Of a DNA stretch of 64,000 nucleotides, positions 1-11,309 are shown piece after piece. How positions within the stretch are numbered: position 1 is the stretch's first letter; each line of letters begins with the position of its first letter. The notes under the pieces are model-generated. The model was not told the origin of the DNA. It searched no databases and was given only the letters and a program-made list of their open reading frames with translations. The stretch comes from Octopus sinensis (Eukaryota): NCBI RefSeq assembly GCF_006345805.1, contig NC_043016.1, positions 26,598,001 through 26,662,000 of the forward strand, given 5' to 3'. The position numbers were made by a program, and so were the translations under genes.

Positions 1-189
1 TTACTAACAACTCCAGCACTGGACTCGATTCTTTTCTCTCACCCACACTCCCCATCTACAACGAAGAACGCGACCATGGTCAGACCTGGAGAAGAATGCG
101 CTCTGCCATATTTAAAATACCCAAAAGACGGTATCATATTGAAGGTTTGAAGTAAGTCATAGCAAGATGAGAAAATAATATGAAGCTTT

Positions 190-398
190 CTGAAGGTGAC
201 AGAATCGTTAGCACATGGGACAAAATGCTTAGTGGCATTTCATCTGTCTTTACGTTCTGAGTTCAAATTCCGCCAAGGTCGACTTTGCCTTTCATCCTTT
301 CAGAGTCAATAAAATAAGTACCAGATTAGCACTGGGGTCGATATAATCGACTTAGCCACTATTCTGAAATTGCTGACCTTGTGTCAAAATTTGAAACC
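190..398 (+). mobile_element. tRNA-derived SINE, family B (octopus OR/OK-type; core gtcgactttgcctttcatcc...aagtacca)
   Basis: Matches the near-consensus copy at 49865-50096 (gttagc...gagttcaaattccgcc...gtcgactttgcctttcatcc). Confidence 0.8.
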
Positions 399-630
399 TG
401 ATTTGATATGTTTTATTTTTTGTTCGTTTGTTTTTTGTGGTGAGACACTGTACTTCTTCCAATCTATCGGAAATATTTAGGATTCATCGTCTTAAAAGAA
501 TAGATACTATTATATAAAGAAGAACCAAAGCCGTTAGTCTCTGTGATTTATAATTTTCATAAATAAGCACAGGAGCATTAAGTTTGCTTCCCAACCATAT
601 ATATATATGTGTGTATATATATATATATAT

Positions 631-972
631 CATGCGCAGGGACATAGAAATAACCAGACTGAATACCTGATCGCACAGTTAAACCATTGGGAGTGGAAGG
701 ACTCCTAGCTTTCGTTAGGGCATCCTTCTAGGAGAAGGTAACTTAGGTAACTGGGATAACTCCGACATAAAACCTGCGGTTCAGTGGTTACCGATGATGT
801 TGACTTGTTCTTCTTTTTGGATTATGGCTGCTGTTGCTTAGTGAGTGGGATTGGCTCAGTGCACAGCCTTTCCTCACTTTAAAAAAAAATCTTCTTGCAC
901 AGGCATTGCACGATAATAACATTGATTAAGCTTTGTGCAATGGTCATACTCGATAATGAGGGGGCATCCACC
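631..972 (+). mobile_element. Short non-autonomous RTE/BovB-derived retroelement (5'UTR-like part plus RTE 3' tail)
   Basis: 926-972 matches the 3' terminus of the zinc-finger RTE at 30025-30069. The internal agggcatccttctaggagaaggtaac resembles RTE 5'UTRs. Flanked by (AT)n on both sides. Confidence 0.6.
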
Positions 973-1024
973 ATATATATATATATATATATACACATAC
1001 ACACACATATATATATATACATAT

Positions 1025-1460
1025 GTAAACTTCCTCAAGGAATGAGAAGATGCAGGCTGGAAAGCAGAGCATTTTCCAATCGAAGTCAGATGTAGAGGGT
1101 TTGTTGGACATAGTGCGAAACCACTGTTGTTATCACGAGGCTTAACTCATCGTAAAGTAAATGCCACCATGATCGATATCCTAACTACAGCGGAAAAGAC
1201 TAGCCACTGGATTTGGTTAAAAAGAGATGATCAGCGAAAGCTAGAAGAATATGGAGCTATATTTAATAAACCACTTGATCTTGCAACATTTAGAAAGCTG
1301 CTAATTCCTAAATAACTGTGGTTTGCATGTATAGCAACTATGACTGCATGTCTTTTCACATTTTGAGTTAGCATAATATCTTGAAAGGCTTATCTGATAA
1401 AAAATAAATGATACAATAAATAATTTGAAGGTGTACACAACTGAAAATGGAATGTCCTCA
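1025..1460 (+). mobile_element. 3' fragment of an RLE-type non-LTR retrotransposon (HERO-like)
   Basis: The frame of ORF 1127-1315 extends upstream as GWKAEHFPIEVRCRGFVGHS and continues ...TTAEKTSHWIWLKR, resembling the HERO C-terminus (xEVGCRGF...AEKASxWLWxKR). One in-frame stop upstream. Confidence 0.65.
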
Positions 1461-1554
1461 AACAGCCCTCGCACCCTGAATATATACATTCATACATATA
1501 ATTATATATATATATATATATATATATAATTATATGTATCTGTAAATATAATAT

Positions 1555-1756
1555 GTGACAATTATTCGGTAGCCAAGATAAAACTCTGAGTTCCGGATGC
1601 CAAGGTGGAAATCCACGTCACCACCTCTTCAGTTATCCAGCCATCGGAAAAAGATAGCGGTTTTCTGATGGCCGGATAACTGAAGAGATGGTGGCATGGA
1701 TTTCCACCTCAGCATCCGAACTCGGAGTTTTATCTTGGCTACCGAATAATTGTCAC
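1555..1756. repeat. Foldback/palindromic element, about 97-bp arms and about 9-nt loop
   Basis: gtgacaattattcggtagccaagataaaac... pairs with ...gttttatcttggctaccgaataattgtcac, with few mismatches. Confidence 0.9.
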
Positions 1757-1832
1757 TTATTACATTTACAGATAAATTCCTCTATTTACATAATATTGGG
1801 GTCTCTTTCTTTTGTTATCTTACCATTTTTAT

Positions 1833-1890
<58 letters not shown>

Positions 1891-1899
1891 TGTCTAAAT

Positions 1900-2510
1900 T
1901 AGGCAAAAATGAAAATAACTCTGACATCTCATTTTAACAGATATATTTACCAAAATTACATAAAAATATCTTGAAATACTAAAGAGTAAATTTATTCAAT
2001 AAAATTGCTATTGGCTTCAACACACCCTCCAGATGACTTCAGATATTCTTCTGCAACTCCTCTGGATAATCTCCTTGTTTAAATTGGTGAATGCTGGCAT
2101 AATCCTTGCCTTCAGTTCATCTTGGTGTTACAAGGAGTTTTGTTGGTCTCTCGTTCAACTGTGCCCCACACATAATAATCAAAGGAGTTGCAGTCTGGGG
2201 AATTAGGTGACCAGATGTTAAGGGTGATGTGGTTGCAGAAATTGTCTGACAGCCATGACTGGGCTCTCCTGCTTGTGTGGCATGGTGCAGAATCCTGTTG
2301 CCAAACATAGGGTCTTCCAGCAACCACCCTCTTGATCCAGGGCAGCACTATCTCTTCCAAGCACTTGATGTGGCCTCTGTGTTGAGTGTGAGGCCGTATG
2401 GGAAGATGAATGGAGGCATAACATTGCCATCACTACTGATCACTCCAAACACCATGATGTTGACTGGATCTTTGATTTCTATCACTCTTGGTACATGTTT
2501 CTCAAATTGA
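1900..2510 (-). mobile_element. Tc1/mariner DD37D (maT/Bmmar1-like) transposase relic
   Basis: ORF 2112-2360 WQQDSAPCH...SPDCNSFDYYVW has 37 residues between the last two catalytic D. Upstream IMVFGVISSDG lies in a shifted frame. Confidence 0.85.
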
Positions 2511-2638
2511 CACCCAAACACTTTGAAATGTTCATATTGGAGCTTATCTTATGCCAAAAAAATGCAGCTGCCCACAACAAAGAACACACACATGTTGTGT
2601 ATGTGTGTTCAATTTTATTTACATATATGTGTGTGTAT

Positions 2639-2679
<41 letters not shown>

Positions 2680-4590
2680 CAAACAGATGGAGAAATAGAT
2701 ACATGGGGAAATAGATAGGCAGACAAAGAGATACATAGACTGACAGACAGGCCAAGAGAGAGACAGCGAGAGAGATTTGGAATGAGTTGGAGTTTACTCC
2801 CATTGGAATACAGAATAAAACTGAATCTTTCCTTGTCTCCTATTCCAGGCCTCTCCCTTTCTCATCTGTACAATCCTTATAAGTGACACAATTTAAGCTG
2901 ATGGAGACATGAGCATAAATAAATAAATAAACAAACAGAATGTGATGGCAAGTTATTTTCTACGATGTTTCTTGACTCATATCTTCTCTTTTTCTTCAGT
3001 CAATTATTGATCTTCTCCCTTCACACTTTTTGTTCCTTGCCTTTTTGTCTGTCTGTTCCTTGAAACATTATTCGAACACAATTGCACACCAAGAATGTAG
3101 TTTCTATATGACATTTGAGAAATTGTTTATACGTGAAATAAATGTGGGTTAGCTTTAATAGTAATATGTGTATGTGTATTAAGTGTGTAAGAGAGAAAGG
3201 GTAAATAAAAGTATTGCATTAATAGAAGCCTCACAAGGACCCGAACTGTAGAATAAACAATATTTCATTACTTTATTAGTGTGATATAATGGAAGGCTAA
3301 TTTCAAATTCTCTCTTTCTCTCTTCTGAAAAATAGTTGAACACATATAGGGTTATACAAAACAGAATAAAATAGACTGGCTTCTAGTTATTTATTAATAC
3401 CTGAATTAAAACAAATTCAGCGAATTTTCTTTGAATAATGTTTGCTACCTAACCTAATAATTTTTCAAGAAACTATCTTTGTCACTACATATAAATGGGC
3501 ATGCATCAACTAGAAATATTATGTGGTCTCACATAGTAATACAGTGAGTGAAAAATGTTTGACTATTTAATAATAGCTTAGACGAAAACTCCTTTGAGCA
3601 GGGCATTTAAAATCTATAATCAACACACAAGGAAATATAACTTCAGCAAGATCAGTTAATTGAAATATTTAGATTATATAAATACTGGCCATTGGAGAGT
3701 ATCTGGCCTTCGAAAACAAATGATCTAAACAACAGATTTGTATGCTTCAGTATTGCTTGACTGACTCAGCAGAGCATATTATGCTCTACAGGGAAAACTA
3801 AATGAGATGTAGAGCCATTCCCATGAAAGTTAAATAAAAACAGGTTTCCAAAAATTTTTAGAATGCTCAAAAAATCTCTTTATACTTATGAAAGTATGTT
3901 TAAATGGTTCATTATCGACCAGGCATCAATATTGGGATAATTTCTACCAAATCTACACTATTTGGAAGATATAACAAATAAACAAGAACAGTAACTATCA
4001 AGCAAACTTAAATTTCAAGGTCAATGTAAAATGAAAATAAACACCCACCATGAGGCATTTTATACTACTCTGAAGAAATTTAGAGGAATTAGTAGTTAAT
4101 ATTTTCAGGTGGAAAGTCTTTCTTTTTTTCTCTGATATCATGTATGTCACAATTTTTTGTATTGTCTTTCAACATAACTTCCAGCAAAAAAATTTTTCTT
4201 AAATGCTTGTTTAGGTAGTCAAATTTAACCGGAGAAAATGAACCAATACAAATCTTGTTAGATATTTCATAATGTACCTCCCTTACTGACACATGTCACA
4301 CAAGATTGGCACTATATCATCTCACCAGATATCTTTAAAATATTCTCGTCCAGACATTTATGTCGCTGCTTGTTGTTACTGTCCTACTGAATTTCAATTC
4401 TTTACCTAAGATAGTACATTTCCTGAGAAATTTGGTTCCCTATTAGAGGGTAATGTAAGGGCTAGATCTAATCATTTATAAGAATATGATGCTTTGTGTA
4501 AAGAAATAAACCTTAAAGACATTGGAAAGCAAATACATTATATATATATATATATATATAATATATAATATATATATATATATATATATA

Positions 4591-4622
<32 letters not shown>

Positions 4623-4849
4623 AATAACGGGAAAGTTTACGAAAATAAACAAAAGACGAAGGCAGGTGGAGTACAAACAAACAAATGTATTAGTATAGCG
4701 CTCAGGAATAGAAATAGAAAAAGTCTTTTACGTTTTGCGCCTACACTCTTCGACAGAAAGATACACAGAAAAAAACAAGGAGGGAAAAAAATGCATGTAG
4801 GAGCTAACGATCTATCATATATATACATATATACATACATACATATGAG

Positions 4850-6355
4850 AGAGATGATGGATGATGGTCCACTTGCAGTTAGTGATTCTGCGATGAAAGA
4901 AGTTTGGAAATGTCTCTATGAAAGGCTGTTAAATGTAAAGAATGTATGTCAGTAGGAGAGTCTGCCTAATGTAGACCCAACAGAGTGACCAGCTATATGA
5001 ATCAACAGTAGCTTCATAGATAAACCAATTAAGGATATGAAGACAGGGAAAGCACCTGGCCCCTCAGGAATCACTGCTGAGGTGCTTGAAATATCTGGCA
5101 GAGTGAGATATGGCCTTGTCACCTATATAGTTAATCTGGTCGTTCACAAGGAAGTCATACCCAACAACTAGTGTAGCAGCATTAAAGTCAACTGCTACAA
5201 AGATAAAGGTGTTGCCTTAGACAGAAATAATTACAGAGGTCTCATATTGCTGGACCAGATCATGAAAGTTACAGTGTCAAAGCTCAAATAACTAGGAAGA
5301 CAGTTAGCCTGGATGAGATGCAGTTTGGTTTTGTGCCAGAGAGAAGCACTACTGATGCTATCTTCCTGGCAAGGCAACTGCAGGAGAAGAACTTCTGTAT
5401 TTGGTTTTGGCTGACTTGGAGAAAGCCTTTGACAGAGAATAGGTTAGTGGGTGAGGAGAGTTGTTCAAGCCATGTACAGAGATGCTGTCAGCAAGGTGAG
5501 GGTTGGCAATGAGTATAGCAATGAATTTAGTGTACAAATAGAGTTCACCAAGGATTAGTTCTCAGCCCCCTCTTGTTTATCAAAGTCTTCCAGGCCATAA
5601 CAGAGAAATTTAAGACTGGCTGTCCTTGGGAGTTCCTCTACACTGATGAACTTGTTCTTAAAGCTGAATCACTACCTGAACTACAGAGAAAATTTCAGGT
5701 GTGGAAGCAAGGTTTGGGGTCTAAAGGCCTTATAGTTAATTTAGCAAAGTCCAAAGTCCTAGCAAGTATGTAAACAGCCAATCACAAATCCCTTCAGAGA
5801 TACATAGATAAGTTGTTGGTAAGAACTCCATGTGGCATACCCAGTGCAAGCTATTGACACATAATAGGTGCAGCGGTATCATGAGAAGGGTAACAGAGAA
5901 AGTAGTTTTTGTTTGTGGCAGGTGTGCAGGTACAATAAACGCTAACAATGCAAAGAGAATACATTTCCTCAAATATCTGGGTGGGAGAGGATCCTTAGAA
6001 GTAATGGATGGCTTCCATTACCTAAGTAACCAAGTTAAGAGGAGAAAGCTCTAAAAGTGTAGTTGCAGGGCAAAGTTCAGACAACTACTATCTTTGTTGG
6101 TAACAAAGGGCCTCTTCCCCAGAGAGTAAGGCAGGCAGTATGATACCTGTATTCATACAAGTATGCTTGTATAGCGGTGAAACATGGGCTATGACTACAG
6201 AGGAGATACGATGCTAGCATGCTCTACTGGATGGGTAATGTCAGTATGCACATACAACTGTGGAAATAATTTAAGAAAAAAACTGGATATAAGAGGCATC
6301 AGATGTTGAATGCAAGAGAGAAGACTATGCTGGTATGGTCATGTGATGCATATGG
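4850..6355 (+). mobile_element. Decayed RTE LINE (RT region), same family as 37242-40279
   Basis: Broken ORFs QFGFVPERSTTDAIFLARQLQEK, FKTGCPWEFLYTDELVL and THNRCSG...FVCGRC; many stops and frameshifts. Confidence 0.9.
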
Positions 6356-6398
6356 AGAACCAAATTATTTAATTCTCAGATTGAAAAAAATCTATTAG

Positions 6399-6778
6399 GG
6401 GATTGGCTGTGTGGTCAGAAGCTTGCTTCACAACAACATGGTTCCGGGTTCAGTCCCACTGCATGGCACCTTGGGTAAATATCTTCTATTATAGCCTTAG
6501 GCTGACCAAAGCCTTGTGAGTAGATTTGGTAGAAACTGAAAGAAGCCCATATATATATATATATGTATGTATGTATTTGTGTGTTTGTGTTTGTCCCCAC
6601 CATCATTGCTTGACAGTCAATGTTGGTATGTTTACATCCATGTAACTTAGCAGTTCAGTAGACGTGACCAATAGAATAAGTACTAGGCTTACAAAAATAA
6701 GTCCTGGGGTCGATTTATTTGACTAAAGATGGTGCTCCAGCATGACCACAGTCAAATGACAGAAACAAATAAAAGAAT
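6399..6778 (+). mobile_element. tRNA-derived SINE, family A (head, internal (AT)n, 3' half ending gtcaaatgactgaaacaagtaaaag)
   Basis: ggctgtgtggt...ggttccgggttcagtcccactg...ggtgctccagcatg; matches the other copies in the window. Confidence 0.85.
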
Positions 6779-6864
6779 GTACAACTTTGTAACTCCTATT
6801 AGCAAATGAAACATGTGTAATGGTGAATAAGTAACATCAAAAATTTTCTGTAGAAGCTAGCTGG

Positions 6865-7851
6865 CCACAAGCATGGCTATATGGTGAGATGCTTGTTTAC
6901 CAACCACATGGATCTTGTTCAGTTCCACTGCGTGGCATCTTGGGCGTAGAAGTGGCTGTGTGGTAAGTAGCTTGCTTACCAACCACGTGGTTCCGGGTTC
7001 AGTCCCACTGCATGGCACCTTGGACGGGTGTCTTCTACTATAGTCTCGGGCCAACCAAAGCTTTGCGAGTAGATTTGGTAGATGGAAACTGGGATCTTTT
7101 CGCTTTGACCGGCAGATTTTTAAAATAATTTCTTTGTAACTAAACACTTTTAAACTTCGTATACTGGTAGAATGTGTTTATAAAACATTTTTTTCTCTTG
7201 GCTTTCTTGAGAAAATTCTGTGGTTTGTAAGATATTTGGTCTTTAATTTCTTGCATTTCGGCAATTTCAACCAATCAATGACGTCTATTGAAGTGAATTC
7301 AATTTCTGCCGTAATGTGTCAACAATTATTTCCGGTGTTATATGAAATTGTCCCTGTTATTTATGACATATTTCATATCAGTTACGTTCATATGAATAAA
7401 AGATTATCGTTATTAAACTTTTATTAATAAACACATATTCTAAGTTCACAACATATGCAGTTTTAATTTTCCTCTCTGTTGCACAGATACACATATTACA
7501 TATTATATATTCGTTTAAGAAACAGATTGAGTTTATTTACATATCTGAAGAAAAAAAAGATACCCTTCCCCCCACCCCTAACCCAACTCCTAACCCTAAT
7601 CCTAAAACAGATTGAAATGCAATAGATCGATACTAGGGTCATAATTATGGGTGGACACTAAAGAGGGAACGGTTTTGTTATCCAGCTCTATTTACGAGTG
7701 ACCCCTCAGTTTATGGCCACAGGGTATCTTTTTTCTCATAAATAACAAGGACAATTTCATGACACCGGAAATAATTATTGTTGACACACTACGGCAGAAA
7801 TTGAATTCAAAGCGAAAAGATCCGGAAACTGAAAGAAGCCCGTCGTATATA

Positions 7852-7899
<48 letters not shown>

Positions 7900-8115
7900 T
7901 GTATGTGTGTGTATATGTTTGTGTGTCTGTTTGGCTGCCCAATATCGCTTGACAACTGATGCTGGTGTGTTTAAGTCCCCGTAACTTCGCGGTTTGGCAA
8001 AAGAGACCAATAGAATAAGTACTAGGCTTACAAAGAATAAATCCTGGGGTTAATTTGCTCAACTAAAGGCGGTGCTCCAGCATGGCCACGGTCAAATGAC
8101 TGAAACAAGAGTAAA
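6865..8115 (+). mobile_element. SINE family A with a duplicated head, interrupted by the MITE at 7092-7823
   Basis: Two heads (about 6865 and 6950). The body resumes at 7824 ggaaactgaaagaagccc. Confidence 0.85.
7092..7823. mobile_element. MITE with GG...CC TIRs and 8-bp TSD (Merlin-like)
   Basis: TIR ggatcttttcgctttga / tcaaagcgaaaagatcc; TSD ggaaactg at 7084-7091 and 7824-7831. Confidence 0.85.
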
Positions 8116-8204
8116 GGAGTGTCTTCTACTACAGCCATGTGAGTGGCTTTGATAGATGAAAACCTAAAGAAACTCATTGCACATGTGTGTGTAGGTGTGT
8201 CACC

Positions 8205-8390
8205 ACCACTTCTCAACCGGTGTCAGTGTGTTTACGTCCCTGTAACTTAGCAGTTTGGGCAAAAGATATCAATAGAATAAATACCAAGCTTTAAAAAAAT
8301 ATGTACTGGGATCGATTTATTCCACCAAAATTCTTCAAAATAGTACCCCAGCATGGCTGCAGTATGATGACTGAAACAAGTAAAAGATGA
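8205..8390 (+). mobile_element. SINE family A, 3' half
   Basis: gtgtgtttacgtccctgtaacttagc...cagcatggctgcag...gactgaaacaagtaaaag. Confidence 0.75.
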
Positions 8391-8524
8391 AGGATACCTC
8401 ACACAAATTAATATATTAACTACATATGGATCTGGAATACTGGAGAAAGTAGTTGTTCTTCAAGAGAACACAGTTTTCATTCTTAATCTTATCTTATCTA
8501 TCTATGTATATATATATATATATA

Positions 8525-9030
8525 TCTATATATATAAAACTCTAGTTGTGTGAGTGTCTGTCCCCTTCGATTTAGATTCCTAACTCCTCCCACATTTTGC
8601 GGTGCAGTTTAACCAAATTCGGGTATCTTATAGTCGTGATTCATATCGAGCTCGTCTGACTATTAGCGCGCGTCAACGATGAGTCTACGATTTTAAAAAT
8701 AATTTAACATCATTTTTTATTCCATTTTAATGCATAAAATGCATCGTATGTCGATGGCGGCGGAGTTGGCGTCCACGCTCACAGCTGCACCTGTTTGCTT
8801 CTCCCCCTTCCCTCCCTCGTGAAGCTGTGGGGAAGGGAGTGTAAAGAAATCAACGTCGTAATGCGTTGTGAAGGAAACCAGCGTTCTTTTAGAACAACGA
8901 CTTCATGGCTTGAAGACACCAAAACAAAAATGGCTAAGAAAGCCCGAATTTATAAGGGAAGTAACTCTCTAAAAATGCTTATATAGTTATTTCCCTTACA
9001 AACCCGAGCAACGCCGGGCGGTACTGCTAG
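8525..9030 (+). mobile_element. Non-autonomous Helitron, copy 1
   Basis: a|TC start, subterminal hairpin cccgagcaacgccggg, CTAG|t end. Confidence 0.85.
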
Positions 9031-9036
9031 TATATA

Positions 9037-9603
9037 TCTATATATATAAAACTGTAGTTGTGTGAGTGTCTGTCCCCTTCGATTTAGATTCCTAACTACT
9101 CCCACATTTTGCGGTGCAGTTTAACCAAATTCAGGTATCTTATAGTCGTGATTCATATCGAGCCCGTCTGGGTATCAGCGCGCGTCTACGATGAGTCTAC
9201 GATTTAAAAAATAATTTAACATCATTTTTTATTCCATTTTAATGCATATTTTTCGTGTGTCGATGGCGGCGGAGTTGGCGTCCACGCTCACAGCTGCACC
9301 TGTGTTGCTTCTACTTCTTCTTCCCTCCCTCGTGAAGCTGTGGGGAAGGGAGTGTAAGGAAATCAACGTCGTAAAGCGTTGTCAAGGAGACCAGCGTTCT
9401 TTTAGAACAACGACTTCATGGCTTGAAGACACCAAAACAGAAAATGTCTACGATGAGTCAACGATTTTTCAAAAAAATTTACCATAATTTTTTTTCCATT
9501 TTTAATGCATTTTTTTTTTGCTATTTTTTGGCTATAACTCTCTAAAAATGCTTATATAGTTATTTCCCTTACAAACCCGAGCAACGCCGGGCGATACTGC
9601 TAG
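9037..9603 (+). mobile_element. Non-autonomous Helitron, copy 2 (tandem with copy 1)
   Basis: Same termini and near-identical body, 6 bp downstream of copy 1. Confidence 0.85.
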
Positions 9604-9632
9604 TATACATATATATATGTGTGTGTGTGTAT

Positions 9633-9779
9633 AGTAAATTGTGGCCTTATATATGTATATATATATAGAGAGAGAGAGAGAGAGGGAGAGAGAGGGAGAG
9701 AGAGGGAGAGAGAGAGAGTGAGTGAGATATCATTCAACTACGGTAGTAGTTGAATAATATTCTTAAGGCCACAATTTAC
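9633..9779. mobile_element. Small MITE-like element containing (AT)n/(GA)n
   Basis: Inverted ends gtaaattgtggcctta / taaggccacaatttac. Confidence 0.55.
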
Positions 9780-9899
9780 TCACATGCAGCATCTTTCATT
9801 CACGAGCTTGTCGCTAATCCAGTTCTTAATCAAATTGAAAATTGTTAACATTTTTGAAAAGGGCTGATCCCTAGCTACATTTTGGCATAAAAAAATTGA

Positions 9900-10430
9900 G
9901 GGATCTTTTCCTTTTGAACGGCAGTTTTCAACACAATTTCTAGTTAACTAAACACTTTTAAACTTCGTATACTGGTAGAATGTGTTTATAAAGCATCATT
10001 TTTTCTTGGCTTTATTGAGACAATTCTATACGTTGTAACATATTTCCACTTTAAAATCGAGCTTTTCGGCAATTTTAACCAATCAAATACGTCCATTTGG
10101 ATTCAAAACATACCGTGCTGTATGAATATGTCCTCGGTTAAGAAACAGATTGGGTTTATTTACATTTGCGAAGGAAAAAAGGTACCCTTCCCCCCCACCC
10201 CTAACCCTAAAATAGATAATTATGGGTGACAATTTCATACGACACCGCTAGAAAAAATCTCATTTTCCATAGCGGTGTCATATGAAATTGTCACCCATAA
10301 TTATGGCCCTAGTATCGATCTATTGTATTTCAATCTACTTTAGGGGTAGGGTTAGGATTAGGGTTGGGAGAAGGGTATCTTTTTTTCTTCGCAAATGTAA
10401 ATAAACCCAATCTGTTTCTTAAACGAGGAC
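9900..10430. mobile_element. Rearranged copy of the 7092-7823 MITE family with an internal inverted duplication
   Basis: Left TIR ggatcttttccttttgaac at about 9900; about 10131-10252 is mirrored by about 10270-10430. Confidence 0.75.
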
Positions 10431-10599
10431 ATCGTTGAGGTGAAGAAAAAATTATCAACAAACTGCTAATTGACACATTTGACATTATTATTTAACATAA
10501 TAGCATAGCCTGGAAAAAACATGGATTACATGGGAAAATGCGAGCAAGAGAAATAATATTCTCAAGATTATAAACCTGAAAAATTACATGACAAGTTAT

Positions 10600-11309
10600 T
10601 ACACTTGGAAAAGTTTAGGACAATTTATTACATCTGGTAAAGTACAGAACAGGAAAATTTTTACTTAAAATATTGCAGCTAAGGATAAAATTTGAATATT
10701 AAAAATTATTCAATATTATAATTAAAAAAAGGTACCATCAGTTTGTTAAAATAATGACACACTAGGATACTTATAAAATGAGAGCCAGAAGTACTAATAT
10801 AGCTAAAGCTTTATGCAAAGTAGAATAAGTATATATATTGGCAAATTCATTATGTTAAAATAGGCATTGGGTCAAGACTAGAAATGTGAAGACTTGGCAA
10901 TAACTCAAACTTTACTGTGAATTTGTTGTTATGGATAGATTTTACTGTAATATATAACAAATTTTTGTACTATTCTATTTATTGTACTAACTTATTATGC
11001 ACTGCTATTATTTTTTATAACCTATTTTCAAATTTCTGATTATTAATTAATAATTTTAAAAAAGGAAATTTTTTGAATTGCAAAAAATACCTTGAGTTAT
11101 TTTTAATTTTTAATAGAAGTAACAATTACAAATATAAGTAATAACTTCTAATTCAATTTTTACTTTGAATAAAAGCTAATATTTCCTAAATTGAAATATT
11201 TTATTTGAAATTTTATCCTTAGCTGCAATATTTTAAGTAAAAGATTTTCTTGTTCTGTACTTTACCAGATGTAATAAGTTGGGATCTTTACTGAACTTTT
11301 CCAAGTGTA
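10600..11309. mobile_element. Long-TIR MITE (about 110-bp imperfect TIRs, probable TA TSD)
   Basis: tacacttggaaaagtt...gcagctaaggataaaattt is mirrored by aaattttatccttagctgc...aacttttccaagtgta. Confidence 0.7.

Noticed and set aside
1-150. Possible LINE C-terminal coding remnant (GLDSFLS...)
   Set aside because: Cut by the window edge; similarity too weak.
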